Positions 1 to 12,958 of a stretch of DNA of 64,000 bases are shown piece by piece (the first letter of the stretch is position 1; every line of letters starts with the position of its first letter). Below the pieces are notes generated by a model. That model was not told the DNA's origin, ran no database searches, and saw nothing but the letters and a program-made list of their open reading frames with translations. The stretch is from Eledone cirrhosa. Its lineage: Eukaryota. The translations under genes were made by a program, and so were the position numbers. Location of the stretch: positions 62,001-126,000 of the forward strand of contig CAXHJY010001514.1 of the NCBI GenBank assembly GCA_964016885.1, in the 5' to 3' direction.

Positions 1-78
1 TAATACACTGGGGTTGATTTAATCAACTATCCCCTCCCCCAAGATTGCTAGCCTTGTGCCAAAAGTAGAAACCATTAT
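1..78 (+). mobile_element. 3' end of an abundant octopod tRNA-derived SINE
   Basis: actggggttgatttaatc...gccttgtgccaaaagtagaaaccatta matches the 3' end of the copies at 1556-1742 and 49825-50035. Confidence 0.65.
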
Positions 79-761
79 CACAGGCTAGACAAGAAATAAA
101 AGCTAGTTTTTCACTGTTTTGGTCAACCAATCAAGAAAATCTAGATATAGAGATTATTTTTCCCAATTCCTTCCAACTTTGAAAACCATTATTAGCAGAC
201 TTTTACATACTCTATTTCACAATATCTTACAGCAAATCACATTTTCATATCTATTTTGTACAGAGAATTAGGGATCCCTGTTGTTTTATCTTTCCTTATT
301 AACCCCTAATCAGGGCAGTTCAATGCTCTCATTCACCAAGATTGGAATCTGGAATATTTACCAAAATATTTTCTATTATCGATATGAACACACCATCAAT
401 GAAATGATATAGAAACATTCTCTATGACTTTATTACAAGTTATTTTGTCTTTTACCATTCCATACTAGCAACAAACAATTTTGGCATAAAATGCATTTTA
501 AGAAAAATCTCTTTCATTTATCTAGTCAAGCATGAAATTGTTATTGAAAATAGTCAGGTGACCAGAGAATATTTATTTCCATAATGTCATAAAAAGTAAA
601 AGAATTCCTTCCTTAGCATATCATAAAGAATTCTTCAACTTTTCTCATATATAAAGAATGGTTAGCAGAGAAAGCAATCATTCAGCTCCTTTATATTGTT
701 TCTCAACAGGAATAAAAGAATAACATCGTAAAGTACAATAAATGGTGAGAGGTTCTATCAT

Positions 762-1385
762 TTGATGGTGGTGGTGGTGGTGGTGGTGGTGGTATGGTGG
801 TGGTGATGGTTGTGATGATGGTGGTGATGGTCGTTGGGATGGTGATGGTGGTGGTGGTAATGGTTGTGATGGTTTTGATGGTGATGGTTGTGATGGTGAT
901 GGTGGTGGTGTTGATGGTGGTGATGGTGATGTGGTGGTGGTGGTGATGGTGGTTGGTGGTGATGGTGATGATGGTGGTGGTGATGGTGATGATGGTGATG
1001 GTGGTGATGGTGGTGGTGGTGGTGGTGATGGTGATGGTGATGATGGTGATGGGGTGGTGGTGGTGATGGTGGTGATGGTTGTGGTGGTGATGGTGGTGAT
1101 GGTGATGGTTGTGGTGGTGATGGTGATGATGATGGTGATGGTGGTGATGGTGGTGATGGTGGTGGTGATGGTGATGATGGTGATGGTGATGGTGGTGATG
1201 GTTGTGGTGGTGATGGTGGTGATGGTGGTGATGGTGATGGTGATGGTGGTGATGGTGGTGATGGTGATGGTGATGGTTGTGCTGATGGTTGTGGTGGTGA
1301 TGGTGGTGATGGTGGTGATGGTGATGGTGGTGATGGTGGTGATGGTGATGGTTGTGGTGGTGATGGTGGTGATGGTGATGACAAT
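762..1385. repeat. (GGT/GAT)n mixed trinucleotide repeat
   Basis: Direct reading; explains the low-complexity ORFs at 678-1422. Confidence 0.97.
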
Positions 1386-1555
1386 GATGACAAGCAATAA
1401 ACTACCAATCAGAGGAGTGTAATGTCTCGTGTCAATTTGAAATGAGTTCTATTTGTTGGTTTCTTCACTAAACTCAGACTATAGTTTCCATCTAGAGTAT
1501 TATTGTTGTCAATAATATAACAGTAATTATTATTACTATTGTTATTATTATTGGT

Positions 1556-1742
1556 GGATTGGCAGTATCGGTAGAGGGTCGAACGCCATGCTTTGATGCA
1601 TAGAGTTACAGCCCTTGCCATTCTGAGTTCAAATCCAGCCAAGGTTAACTTTGCCTTTCATCCTTACGAGGTCGATAAAATAAAGTACCAGTAATGTACT
1701 GGGTAATTGCTGGCCTTGTGCCTAAAGTAGAAACAGTTATTA
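1556..1742 (+). mobile_element. tRNA-derived SINE (octopod OK/OR-like; central aactttgcctttcatcct...gtcgataaaataaagtaccag domain)
   Basis: A-box-like tggcagtatcggt and B-box gagttcaaatcc. Related copies at about 18103-18215, 18400-18520, 29716-29893(-), 46922-47077, 48630-48800(-), 49825-50035, 50095-50205(-), 50895-51035 and 54440-54500. Confidence 0.8.
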
Positions 1743-1758
1743 TCTCATTATCTAGAAA

Positions 1759-2119
1759 CTAGCTGACCTTGTGCCATCACAAATGGCGGCTAATTGTAAT
1801 ATTTTAGGTATAAAAAGGGACAAGTTTTTAGTTTAATAATTCTTTTATTACAAAATGTTTTATGGATTAACTATCTGCAACTAACATAGATAATATCTTA
1901 GTGTGTATATATATATATTTATATGTATGAGTATATAAATATATACACACATACACTCACACAAGTATAAATATATTCACACACACAATAATAGCCACCA
2001 ATTCACTACACATATACACACAGTGGTGTAACACAGAACACTGGTCTATAGTTTTATCACCACCCCTTCCTTCCTCAGTAATATATAAATATACACACAT
2101 TTGCTATTATTATAGTTGA
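1759..2119 (-). mobile_element. Small non-autonomous Helitron-like element
   Basis: Minus strand begins a|TCaactataataatagcaa and ends ...gccatttgtgatggc (hairpin, 1773-1787) acaaggtcag CTAG|t. This is the canonical 5'-TC / 3'-hairpin-CTAG arrangement at an A|T site. Confidence 0.6.
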
Positions 2120-2521
2120 TGATTGTTATTATTGATATTCTTATATTTTATGGTTTATTTGTTTATTGTTGTTGTTTTAACAGCTTCGTGTGATTTCAGT
2201 TGGAAAGATTTACATAAAACTTATTTCCGAAAATTTCCATCTATTTTTGTAGGAAAACCATTTTCTAACTAATTAATAGAAAATGTGATTGTCTGTTTAT
2301 AAAATTATAGCGAGATTATTTTTATTGTAACTATGTATTTATATTTATTTGTGTGTGTGTTTGGATGTCGTTAAGAGGGTGTGTATGCATCTGTGGATGT
2401 CAGTGAATGTGTTTAAGACTGTATGTAAGCATCTCTCTCTCTCTCTGGATGTCATTTTTTATTTCCATTCTTTCCTCTTCTCACTCTTTATGTTTCTAGC
2501 TTATTTTTTATTTATAATTCT

Positions 2522-2559
2522 ATCTTCTGATGAAGGACTAGTGTCCGAAACGTTAAGAT
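2522..2559 (+). ncRNA. Minimal type-I hammerhead ribozyme motif (PLE-type), family 1
   Basis: atctt-CTGATGA-a-ggac(tagt)gtcc-GAAA-cg-TT-aagat: 5-bp stem I, stem II, palindromic ACGT stem III, GUU site. Confidence 0.75.
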
Positions 2560-2595
2560 TCTTTTCCTGTTTAATTTATACATATATATACATAT

Positions 2596-2706
2596 CATTT
2601 CATTTTACATCCTCTTTTTCCCTGCTTGCAGGGTAGGACGGGATTCTGGCTTGATTTCTACAGCTGGATGCCCTTCCTAACACCAACCTCATTTACAGTG
2701 AGTGCT
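2596..2706 (-). mobile_element. 3' fragment of the RTE-tailed SINE
   Basis: Matches 61645-61760 in reverse. Confidence 0.75.
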
Positions 2707-2733
2707 GTTATTATTATTAGGGTGATATATATA

Positions 2734-2984
2734 TCATCATCATCATCATCTTCGTTTAACATCCATTTTCCACGGTAGCATGGGTTAGACGGGAGTTGTC
2801 CCACTTGAGGCAAGGTTGGTCGGGTGACCATGTCTCGCTCATATAGGACTATCTGGCAGGTTTTCTACGACTGGATGCCCTTCCTAACACCAACCACATT
2901 TACAGTGTGGAACTGGGAACTTTTTACCGTGTTAGCTACACGGCCACATTACAGCGTAGACTGTGTGTGTTTTTTGTCGTGACA

Positions 2985-2986
<2 letters not shown>
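2734..2986 (-). mobile_element. 3' UTR fragment of RTE LINE family A
   Basis: Reverse match to 40890-41130, including ggtgttaggaagggcatcc and the (GAT)n tail. Confidence 0.8.
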
Positions 2987-3040
<54 letters not shown>

Positions 3041-3087
3041 AAGGAAAAGTGAAGTAGTTTCAGATATTCAAGTCCCTTAATAATAAT

Positions 3088-3161
3088 GCTGTGATATATA
3101 TTTCAGTGACGACACTAGCTACACTGTTCTGTGTGCGAGTGTCGTGTCATCATCAGACAGC
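3088..3161 (-). ncRNA. Inverted copy of the 3835-3908 hammerhead motif
   Basis: Lies in the inverted arm; core, stem I and stem III are identical. Confidence 0.7.
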
Positions 3162-3834
3162 TTGTTACATAATAAGGTTATGTTTCCGAGGCAATCCAAA
3201 TTGGATTGCCTCGGAACATATTATTTAAACATCTCTCTCCATATTATTTACTCACTTCAGTCTATATTTTTACTCACCTCAATCCGAATTATCACCTGAA
3301 AAGAATTTTTTAATTATTTTTTTTAATTCTTTAATTTCTAATTGTTAATTTCTTAATTGTTTAATTTATAATTTCTGATATTTGATTTAGGATTTTAATT
3401 TTTATTTCCAACTCCCACTCTTAACTTCCAACGTAAAACCATGATACCTAGAATAAGTTTATTTTCCCTTATAAGGTGATGGTCAGTCGTACCGTCAACG
3501 CTTAGTGAGGGGTAGTATTATGACTAAAACTAACACTCTCCCATCCCCTCTGGCTCTCGGCTGACTGTCACAGCCATGATGGGTAGCAGTAAAATATGGT
3601 ACAGGCATTGGTGGGCCATTGTTTTGGCTGACAGGGTGAACTGAGTAAGCAAATTTTGTTGAAATCTGCGGTGGCTAATGGTCAACTTCCTTTGGACATG
3701 CGCTTGCGCAGGCCGGTAGGGGTGAATTGGTACTCACAAGGGAGCGGATGAAAAACCAAAAAACACCCAATTCATCCGTTCCCATGTCGATCCAATTTGG
3801 ATTGCCTCGGAAACATAACCTTATTATGTAACAA

Positions 3835-3908
3835 GCTGTCTGATGATGACACGACACTCGCACACAGAACAGTGTGGCCAGTGTCGTCACTGAAATATAT
3901 ATCACAGC
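3835..3908 (+). ncRNA. Type-I hammerhead motif with extended stem II
   Basis: gctgt-CTGATGA-tgacacgacac...gtgtcgtcact-GAAA-tatata-TC-acagc: perfect 5-bp stem I, palindromic stem III, AUC site. Confidence 0.75.
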
Positions 3909-4031
3909 ATTATTATTAAGGGACTTGAACATCTGAAACTACTTCGCTTTTCCTTATTCGATATTTACTCCGTCACTCCTATGTGGAAAAAGTATGTTGA
4001 GTGCTTGAATTGAATTGCATCAATGTTTACC

Positions 4032-4080
<49 letters not shown>

Positions 4081-4084
<4 letters not shown>

Positions 4085-4215
4085 ATTTCATACGAATAAA
4101 TAGTTTTAGTCCTGTAGAAGCCTTTTCTATATAAACTATTGTCTTCACTCTACACATGTATTGAGGAGTACTTTATTTACTGTGGTACTCCCGACTCAAC
4201 TCAGGATCTTCTTAT
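4081..4215 (+). mobile_element. PLE-end-like cassette, family 2 (also 38156-38315 +, about 43340-43470 -, 55415-55537 +)
   Basis: Shared (ct)gatgatttcat...tagtcctgtagaag...actct...tattgag...aactcagga sequence; usually next to (TA)n. Confidence 0.55.
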
Positions 4216-4265
4216 ATAAGTATGTGTGTATATATACATACACATATATATTATATATATATATA

Positions 4266-4690
4266 GAAGACCCGCCTTGCCTATGTACAAGGCGAAACCT
4301 ACAGTCAGTAGGCACCTCTTAAACAAATATACACCCCGATCCACTACCCTACCCTATCCTCCCACTCCCACCAACACCACCCTCTCTCTGTAAAGTTGGT
4401 ACCACAACATCCAGTCCAAATAAATGAGATCGAGATAGTGTAGGTGTCATGAGAAAAAACACAGTCTACACTGTAATGTGGTCGTGTAGGTAACACGGTA
4501 AAAAGTTCCCAGTTCCACACTGTAAATGTGGTTGGTGTTAGGAAGGGCATCCAGCCATAGAAAACCTGCTAGATAGTCCTTTATGAGCGAGACACAGTCA
4601 CCTGACCAACCTTGCCTCAAGTGGGACAACTCCCATCTAACACATGCTAGCGTGGAAAATGGACGTTATACGAAGATGATGATGATGATG
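4266..4690 (+). mobile_element. 3' end of RTE LINE family A (last codons plus 3' UTR)
   Basis: gaagacccgccttgcc (KTRLA) followed by a UTR homologous to 40746-41130 and a (GAT)n tail. Confidence 0.85.
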
Positions 4691-4724
4691 ATATATCATA
4701 CAGAAGCCATTTCACGTGGTTATA

Positions 4725-4990
4725 TCATCATTTCATTTTACGTCCGCTTTTTCCCTGCTTGCAAGGGTAGGACGGAAACTGATTCTGGCTTGATTTCTAC
4801 AGCTGGATGCCCTTCCTAACACCAACCTCATTTACAGTGAGTGCTGGGTGCTTTTTTGCCGTGGCACCTCCACGACCACTTTGCAGTGGAATGATAGGGA
4901 CCCCAGTCCCTATCATCTCATTTCTACAGCTGAGTAAACTGGAGCAATGTGAAATAAAGTGTCTTGCTCAAGGAAACAACACATCACCTG
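4725..4990 (-). mobile_element. RTE-tailed CORE/Ceph-type SINE, head truncated
   Basis: Near-identical reverse match to 61500-61760. Confidence 0.85.
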
Positions 4991-6416
4991 GTGGTTGTGG
5001 TGATGATGGTGGTGATGGTAGTGATGATGGTGATGGTAGTGGTGATGGTGGTGTTGGTAGTGGCGATGGTGGTGATGGTGGTGGTGATGGTAGTGGTGAT
5101 GATGGTAGTGGTGATGGTGATGGTGGTGGTGATGGTAGTGGTGATGATGGTGATGGTAGTGGTGATGGTGATGGTAGTGGTGATTGTGGTGATAACAATG
5201 ATGATGATAATGATGGTGATGGTGATAATGGTTGTGGTGGTGGTGATGGTGATGGTTGTGATGGTGGTGGTGGTTGTGATGATGGTTGTGGTGATGGTGA
5301 TGGTTATGATGGTTGTGGTGGTGGTGATGGTCATCGTCGTGGTGGTGATGATGATGATGGTGGTGGAGGTGATGATGGTTGTGGTGGTGGTGATGATGGT
5401 TGTGGTGGTGGTGATGATGATGGTTGTGGTGGTGGTGATGGTGATGGTTGTGGTGGTGGTGGTGATGATGACGGTTGTGGTGGTGGTGGTGATGATTGTT
5501 GTGGTGGTGGTGGTGATGATGATGATGGTGGTGATGATGATGATGGTTGTGGTGGTGGTGGTGATGATGATGGTTGTGTTGGTGGTGATGGTGATGGTTG
5601 TGATGGTGGTGGTGGTGATGGTGATGGTTGTGGTGGTGGTGGTGATGATGGTTGTGGTGGTGGTGGTGATGATGGTTGTGTTGGTGGTGGTGGTGATGGT
5701 TGTGTTGATGGTGATGGTTGTGGTGGTGGTGGTGATGATGGTTGTGGTGGTGGTGGTGGTGATGATGGTTGTGGTGGTGGTGATGATGGTTGTGGTGGTG
5801 GTGGTGGTGGTGGTGGTGATGATGGTGGTGGTGATTGTGATGGTGGTGGTGATGATGGTGGTGGTGATTGTGATGGTGGTGGTGATGATGGTTGTGGTGA
5901 TGGTGATGGTGGTGGTGGTGATGATGGTTGTGTTGGTGGTGATGGTGATGATGGTTGTGGTGGTGGTGATGATGGTTGTGGTGGTGGTGGTGGTGATGAT
6001 GGTTGTGGTGGTGGTGGTGGTGGTGATGGTTGTGGTGGTGGTGATGATGATGGTGGTGGTGGTGGTGGTGGTGATGATGATGGTGGTGGTGGTGGTGGTG
6101 GTGATGATGGTTGTGGTGGTGGTGGTGGTGATGATGGTTGTGGTGGTGGTGATGATGATGGTTGTGGTGGTGGTGGTGGTGATGATGGTTATGGTGGTGG
6201 TGATGATGATGGTGGTGGTGGTGGTGGTGGTGGTGATGATGGTTGTGGTGGTGGTGGTGGTGATGATGGTTGTGGTGGTGGTGGTGGTGATGATGGTGGT
6301 GGTGGTGATGATGATGATGGTTGTGGTGGTGGTGGTGGTGATGATGGTTGTGGTGGTGGTGATGATGATGGTGGTGGTGGTGGTGGTGGTGGTGATGATG
6401 ATGGTGGTGGTGATGG
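4991..6416. repeat. (GGT/GAT/TGT)n trinucleotide array
   Basis: Direct reading; source of the poly-G/D, poly-V/M and poly-T/I ORFs. Confidence 0.97.
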
Positions 6417-6464
6417 ATCTGTTCTTTTCTAAAGCTCTATTTAACAATCGAGTAAAGTGAAATA

Positions 6465-7600
6465 TCTGTGTCTGTGTGTTGGTGTCTGTCTGTGTGTCAG
6501 TGTCAGTGTTTGCGTGTGTGTTGGTGTGTGTGTGTTGGTGTGTGTCAGTGTCAGTGTGTGTGTTGGTGTGTCAGTGTCAGTGTGTGTGTTGGTGTGTGTG
6601 TGTTGGTGTGTGTCAGTGTCAGTGTGTGTGTTGGTGTGTCAGTGTCAGTGTGTGTGTTGGTGTGTGTCAGTGTCAGTGTGTGTGTTGGTGTGTCAGTGTT
6701 TGCGTGTGTGTTGGTGTGTGTGTGTTGGTGTGTGTCAGTGTCAGTGTGTGTGTTGGTGTGTCAGTGTCAGTGTGTGTGTTGGTGTGTGTGTGTTGGTGTG
6801 TGTCAGTGTCAGTGTGTGTGTTGGTGTGTCAGTGTGTGTGTTGGTGTGTGTGTGTTGGTGTGTGTCAGTGTCAGTGTGTGTGTTGGTGTGTCAGTGTCAG
6901 TGTGTGTGTTGGTGTGTCAGTGTCAGTGTGTGTGTTGGTGTGTGTGTGTTGGTGTGTGTCAGTGTCAGTGTGTGTGTTGGTGTGTCAGTGTCAGTGTGTG
7001 TGTTGGTGTGTCAGTGTCAGTGTGTGTGTTGGTGTGTGTGTGTTGGTGTGTGTCAGTGTCAGTGTGTGTGTTGGTGTGTCAGTGTCAGTGTGTGTGTTGG
7101 TGTGTGTGTGTTGGTGTGTCTCAGTGTCAGTGTGTGTGTTGGTGTGTCAGTGTCAGTGTGTGTGTTGGTGTGTCAGTGTCAGTGTGTGTGTTGGTGTGTG
7201 TGTGTTGGTGTGTGTCAGTGTCAGTGTGTGTGTTGGTGTGTCAGTGTCAGTGTGTGTGTTGGTGTGTGTGTGTTGGTGTGTGTCAGTGTCAGTGTGTGTG
7301 TTGGTGTGTCAGTGTTTGCGTGTGTGTTGGTGTGTGTGTGTTGGTGTGTGTCAGTGTCAGTGTGTGTGTTGGTGTGTCAGTGTCAGTGTGTGTGTTGGTG
7401 TGTGTGTGTTGGTGTGTGTCAGTGTCAGTGTGTGTGTTGGTGTGTCAGTGTGTGTGTTGGTGTGTGTGTGTTGGTGTGTGTCAGTGTGTGTGTTGGTGTG
7501 TCAGTGTCAGTGTGTGTGTTGGTGTGTCAGTGTGTGTGTTGGTGTGTGTCAGTGTGTGTGTTGGTGTGTCAGTGTCAGTGTGTGTGTTGGTGTGTCAGTG
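6465..7600. repeat. Compound GT-rich minisatellite (gtgtgtgttg / gtgtcagtgtca modules)
   Basis: Direct reading. Confidence 0.95.
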
Positions 7601-8335
7601 TTAGCCAAGTAGCAGTGACAAGATAGAAGCCCTCAATCATTTTGATCATAGATCAACCTTGTATCAACTCAGTCAACTACAACAACACTTTAATGCTATT
7701 AAATAGCTGTAAACATATACATACATATATATATATATATATATGATGATCATCATCATCTGTGTATAGATATATGTATATATATATATGCCTGAAGTGC
7801 CGAACCCTCCTTTACTTCCTCCTAAGCGAGATCTTAGTAAGAGTTTGTATTTTTGTATCTCTGCCTTTGTTTTGTTATATTTGTCCAACTATATATATGT
7901 GACTTTGCTCTTCTTGTATATATAATATATATACACACCAGAGGAGTAATGTCCGACATTAAGGGAGATATACAATACTTCATTGTCAACACATCAAGGA
8001 TATCTCTTTTCCTAGACCACACATATTCTCTGTAGAAAAGTCAAATATATTTTAAACATCAACAATGTGATTTAACTGAGTAGAGGCGAGAGAGAGTAAA
8101 AGTTCCAAAAGTAACCAACCATGAAATAGTATTTCCTACATAAGATGTAATAATGAAGTTTAATGTGTCAGGTGGGGTTGCCGGGGGGTGGGGAACAATG
8201 AAGTCAGTGAAATAAAGGGTTAGAACTAACTGATCAAATGATATGGCTTCACAGAATTACCTTTAAAATAGATTTATATAACACATCCTGCTCTCTCTCT
8301 CTCTCTGATTCATTTGTTTTGACCTACTGTAATAT

Positions 8336-8566
8336 TCAGACTTTTAACACAATATGTTATACCTGAGACCCACAGATTTATCAGACTTTTAACACAATAT
8401 GTTATACCTGAGACCCACAGATTTATCAGACTTTTAACACAATATGTTATACCTGAGACCCACAGATTTATCAGACTTTTAACACAATATGTTATACCTG
8501 AGACCCACAGATTTATCAGACTTTTAACACAATATGTTATACCTGAGACCCACAGATTTATCAGAC
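8336..8566. repeat. 45-bp tandem repeat, 5 identical copies
   Basis: Unit tcagacttttaacacaatatgttatacctgagacccacagattta starts at 8336, 8381, 8426, 8471 and 8516. Confidence 0.95.
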
Positions 8567-8719
8567 ACAACAAATTCTGTTACAAATCTTTCAATTATTC
8601 TTCAAGTAAAAGAAACTAAATGAATATCTGTTATATTTCCAAGTTTTATCATATTTCTGAAAGTTCATTGAGAACAGACAAGTGTGGAAGAATCTGTTCA
8701 ATGTACAGATTGTTGTTCT

Positions 8720-11700
8720 ATAGTGTGTGTAGTGTGTGTATTGTATGTAGCTAGTGTGTGTAGTGTATGTAGCTAGTGTGTGTAGTGTGTGTAGCTAGTG
8801 TGTGTAGTGTATGTAGCTAGTGTGTGTAGTGTGTGTAGCTAGTGTGTGTAGTGTGTGTAGCTAGTGTGTGTAGTGTGTGTAGCTAGTGTGTGTAGTGTAT
8901 GTAGCTAGTGTGTGTAGTGTGTGTAGTGTATGTAGCTAGTGTTTGTAGTGTGTGTAGCTAGTGTGTGTAGTGTTTATAGCTAGTGTGTGTAGTGTATGTA
9001 GCTAGTGTGTGTAGTGTGTGTAGCTAGTGTGTGTAGTATATGTAGCTAGTGTGTGTAGTGTGTGTAGCTAGTGTGTGTAGTGTATGTAGCTAGTGTTTGT
9101 AGTGTGTGTAGCTAGTGTGTGTAGTGTGTGTATTGTATGTAGCTAGTGTGTGTAGTGTATGTAGCTAGTGTGTGTAGTGTATGTAGCTAGTGTGTGTAGT
9201 GTATGTAGCTGGTGTGTGTAGTGTGTGTAGCTAGTGTGTGTAGTGTATGTAGCTGGTGTGTGTAGTGTGTGTAGCTAGTGTGTGTAGTGTATGTAGCTAG
9301 TGTTTGTAGTGTGTGTAGCTAGTGTGTGTAGTGTTTATAGCTAGTGTGTGTAGTGTGTGTAGCTAGTGTGTGTAGTGTGTGTAGTGTATATAGCTAGTGT
9401 GTGTAGTGTATGTAGCTAGTGTGTGTAGTGTGTGTAGCTAGTGTGTGTAGTGTATGTAGCTAGTGTTTGTAGTGTGTGTAGCTAGTGTGTGTAGTGTATG
9501 TAGCTAGTGTGTGTAGTGTGTGTAGCTAGTGTGTGTAGTGTGTGTAGCTAGTGTGTGTAGTGTATGTAGCTAGTGTGTGTAGTGTTTATAGCTAGTGTGT
9601 GTAGTGTATGTAGCTAGTGTGTGTAGTGTGTGTAGTTAGTGTGTGTAGTGTATGTAGCTAGTGTTTGTAGTGTGTGTAGCTAGTGTGTGTAGTGTTTATA
9701 GCTAGTGTGTGTAGTGTATGTAGCTAGTGTTTGTAGTGTGTGTAGCTAGTGTGTGTAGTGTGTGTATTGTATGTAGCTAGTGTGTGTAGTGTATGTAGCT
9801 AGTGTGTGTAGTGTATGTAGCTAGTGTGTGTAGTGTATGTAGCTGGTGTGTGTAGTGTGGGTAGCTAGTGTGTGTAGCTAGTGTGTGTAGTGTATGTAGC
9901 TGGTGTGTGTAGTGTATGTAGCTAGTGTATGTAGTGTGTGTAGTGTATGTAGCTAGTGTGTGTAGTGTATGTAGCTAGTGTGTGTAGTGTATGTAGCTAG
10001 TGTGTGTAGTGTATGTAGCTGGTGTGTGTAGTGTGTGTAGCTAGTGTGTGTAGTGTATGTAGCTAGTGTGTGTAGTGTATGTAGCTGGTGTGTTTAGCTA
10101 GTGTGTGTAGTGTGTGTAGCTAGTGTGTGTAGTGTTTATAGCTAGTGTGTGTAGTGTATGTAGCTAGTGTGTGTAGTGTTTGTAGCTAGTGTGTGTAGTG
10201 TATGTAGCTATCGTGTGTAGTGTATGTAGCTAGTGTGTGTAGTGTATGTAGCTAGTGTGTGTAGTGTGTGTAGTGTTTATAGCTAGTGTGTGTAGTGTAT
10301 GTAGCTATCGTGTGTAGTGTATGTAGCTAGTGTGTGTAGTGTATGTAGCTATCGTGTGTAGTGTATGTAGCTAGTGTGTGTAGTGTGTGTAGCTAGTGTG
10401 TGTAGTGTATGTAGCTAGTGTGTGTAGTGTGTGTAGCTAGTGTGTGTAGTGTGTGTAGCTAGTGTGTGTAGTGTTTATAGCTAGTGTGTGTAGTGTATGT
10501 AGCTAGTGTGTGTAGTGTATGTAGCTAGTGTGTGTAATGTATGTAGCTAGTGTGTGTAGTGTATGTAGCTATCGTGTGTAGTGTATGTAGCTAGTGTGTG
10601 TAGTGTATGTAGCTAGTGTGTGTAGTGTATGTAGCTGGTGTGTGTAGTGTGTGTAGCTAGTGTGTGTAGTGTTTATAGCTAGTGTGTGTAGTGTATGTAG
10701 CTAGTGTGTGTAGTGTGTGTAGTGTTTATAGCTAGTGTGTGTAGTGTTTATAGCTAGTGTGTGTAGTGTGTGTAGCTAGTGTGTGTAGTGTGTGTAGCTA
10801 GTGTGTGTAGTGTTTATAGCTAGTGTGTGTAGTGTATGTAGCTAGTGTGTGTAGTGTATGTAGCTATCGTGTGTAGTGTATGTAGCTAGTGTGTGTAGTG
10901 TATGTAGCTATCATGTGTAGTGTGTGTAGCTAGTGTGTGTAGTGTATGTAGCTAGTGTGTGTAGTGTGTGTAGCTAGTGTGTGTAGTGTATGTAGCTAGT
11001 GTGTGTAGTGTATGTAGCTGGTGTGTTTAGCTAGTGTGTGTAGTGTGTGTAGCTAGTGTGTGTAGTGTTTATAGCTAGTGTGTGTAGTGTGTGTAGTGTG
11101 TGTAGCTAGTGTGTAGTGTTTATAGCTAGTGTGTGTAGTGTATGTAGCTAGTGTGTGTAGTGTATGTAGCTAGTGTGTGTAGTGTATGTAGCTAGTGTGT
11201 GTAGTGTATGTAGCCAACGTGTGTAGTGTATGTAGCTAGTGTGTGTAGTGTGTGTAGCTAGTGTGTGTAGTGTTTATAGCTAGTGTGTGTAGTGTATGTA
11301 GCTAGTGTGTGTAGTGTATGTAGCTAGTGTGTGTAGTGTGTGTAGTGTATGTAGGTAGTGTGTGTAGTGTATGTAGCTAGTGTGTGTAGTGTATGTAGCT
11401 ATCATGTGTAGTGTATGTAGCTAGTGTGTGTAGTGTATGTAGCTAGTGTGTGTAGTGTATGTAGCCAACGTGTGTAGTGTATGTAGCTAGTGTGTGTAGT
11501 GTATGTAGCTATCGTGTGTAGTGTATGTAGCTAGTGTGTGTAGTGTATGTAGCTAGTGTGTGTAGTGTGTGTAGCTAGTGTGTGTAGTGTATGTAGCTAT
11601 CGTGTGTAGTGTATGTAGCTAGTGTGTGTAGTGTATGTAGCCAACGTGTGTAGTGTATGTAGCTAGTGTGTGTAGTGTGTGTAGCTAGTGTGTGTAGTGT

Positions 11701-12958
11701 ATGTAGCTAGTGTGTGTAGTGTATGTAGCTAGTGTGTGTAGTGTATGTAGCCAACGTGTGTAGCGTATGTAGCTAGTGTGTGTAGTGTGTGTAGTGTATG
11801 TAGCTAGTGTGTGTAGTGTATGTAGCCAACGTGTGTAGTGTATGTAGCTAGTGTGTGTAGTGTGTGTAGCTAGTGTGTGTAGTGTTTATAGCTAGTGTGT
11901 GTAGTGTATGTAGCCAACGTGTGTAGCGTATGTAGCTAGTGTGTGTAGTGTATGTAGCTAGTGTGTGTAGTGTATGTAGCTATCGTGTGTAGTGTATGTA
12001 GCTAGTGTGTGTAGTGTATGTAGCTAGTGTGTGTAGTGTATGTAGCTATCGTGTGTAGTGTATGTAGCTATCGTGTGTAGTGTATGTAGCTATGGTGTGT
12101 AGTGTATGTAGCTAGTGTGTGTAGTGTATGTAGCTAGTGTGTGTAGTGTATGTAGCTAGTGTGTGTAGTGTATGTAGGTAGTGTATGTAGTGTATGTAGC
12201 TAGTGTGTGTAGTGTATGTAGCTAGTGTGTGTAGTGTATGTAGGTAGTGTGTGTAGTGTATGTAGCTAGTGTGTGTAGTGTATGTAGCTATCGTGTGTAG
12301 TGTATGTAGCTAGTGTGTGTAGTGTATGTAGCTAGTGTGTGTAGTGTATGTAGCTAGTGTGTGTAGTGTATGTAGGTAGTGTGTGTAGTGTATGTAGCTA
12401 GTGTGTGTAGTGTATGTAGCTATCGTGTGTAGTGTATGTAGCTATCGTGTGTAGTGTATGTAGCTAGTGTGTGTAGTGTATGTAGCTAGTGTGTGTAGTG
12501 TATGTAGCTAGTGTGTGTAGTGTATGTAGCTAGTGTGTGTAGTGTATGTAGCTAGTGTGTGTAGTGTATGTAGCTAGTGTGTGTAGTGTATGTAGGTAGT
12601 GTGTGTAGTGTATGTAGCTAGTGTGTGTAGTGTATGTAGCTATCGTGTGTAGTGTATGTAGCTAGTGTGTGTAGTGTATGTAGCTAGTGTGTGTAGTGTA
12701 TGTAGCTGGTGTGTGTAGTGTGTGTAGCTAGTGTGTGTAGTGTGTGTAGCTAGTGTGTGTAGTGTATGTAGCTGGTGTGTGTAGTGTATGTAGCTAGTGT
12801 GTGTAGTGTATGTAGCTAGTGTGTGTAGAGTATGTAGCTAGTGTGTGTAGTGTATGTAGCTAGTGTGTGTAGTGTATGTAGCTAGTGTGTGTAGTGTGTG
12901 TAGCTAGTGTGTGTAGTGTATGTAGCTAGTGTGTGTAGTGTATGTAGCTGGTGTGTAG
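8720..12958. repeat. 22-bp minisatellite (gctagtgtgtgtagtgtatgta), roughly 190 copies
   Basis: Direct reading; variant units are locally clustered. Confidence 0.96.

Larger units (their letters stand above)
3036..4035 (+). mobile_element. Hammerhead-bearing PLE-like cassette with a ~170-bp inverted arm, embedded in (TA)n
   Basis: 3037-3206 is the reverse complement of 3790-3959; local hairpin at 3181-3218; (TA)n on both flanks. Confidence 0.7.

Noticed and set aside
678-7626. Long ORFs rich in G/D, V/M, T/I, P/S, H or C/V
   Set aside because: Open in several frames only because they are stop-free simple repeats; no domain or splice support.
7790-7855. Hammerhead-like cctgaagtg...gcgagatcttagta; also ctgatga on the minus strand near 54364
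   Set aside because: Core positions are mutated, or there is no GAAA and closing stem.
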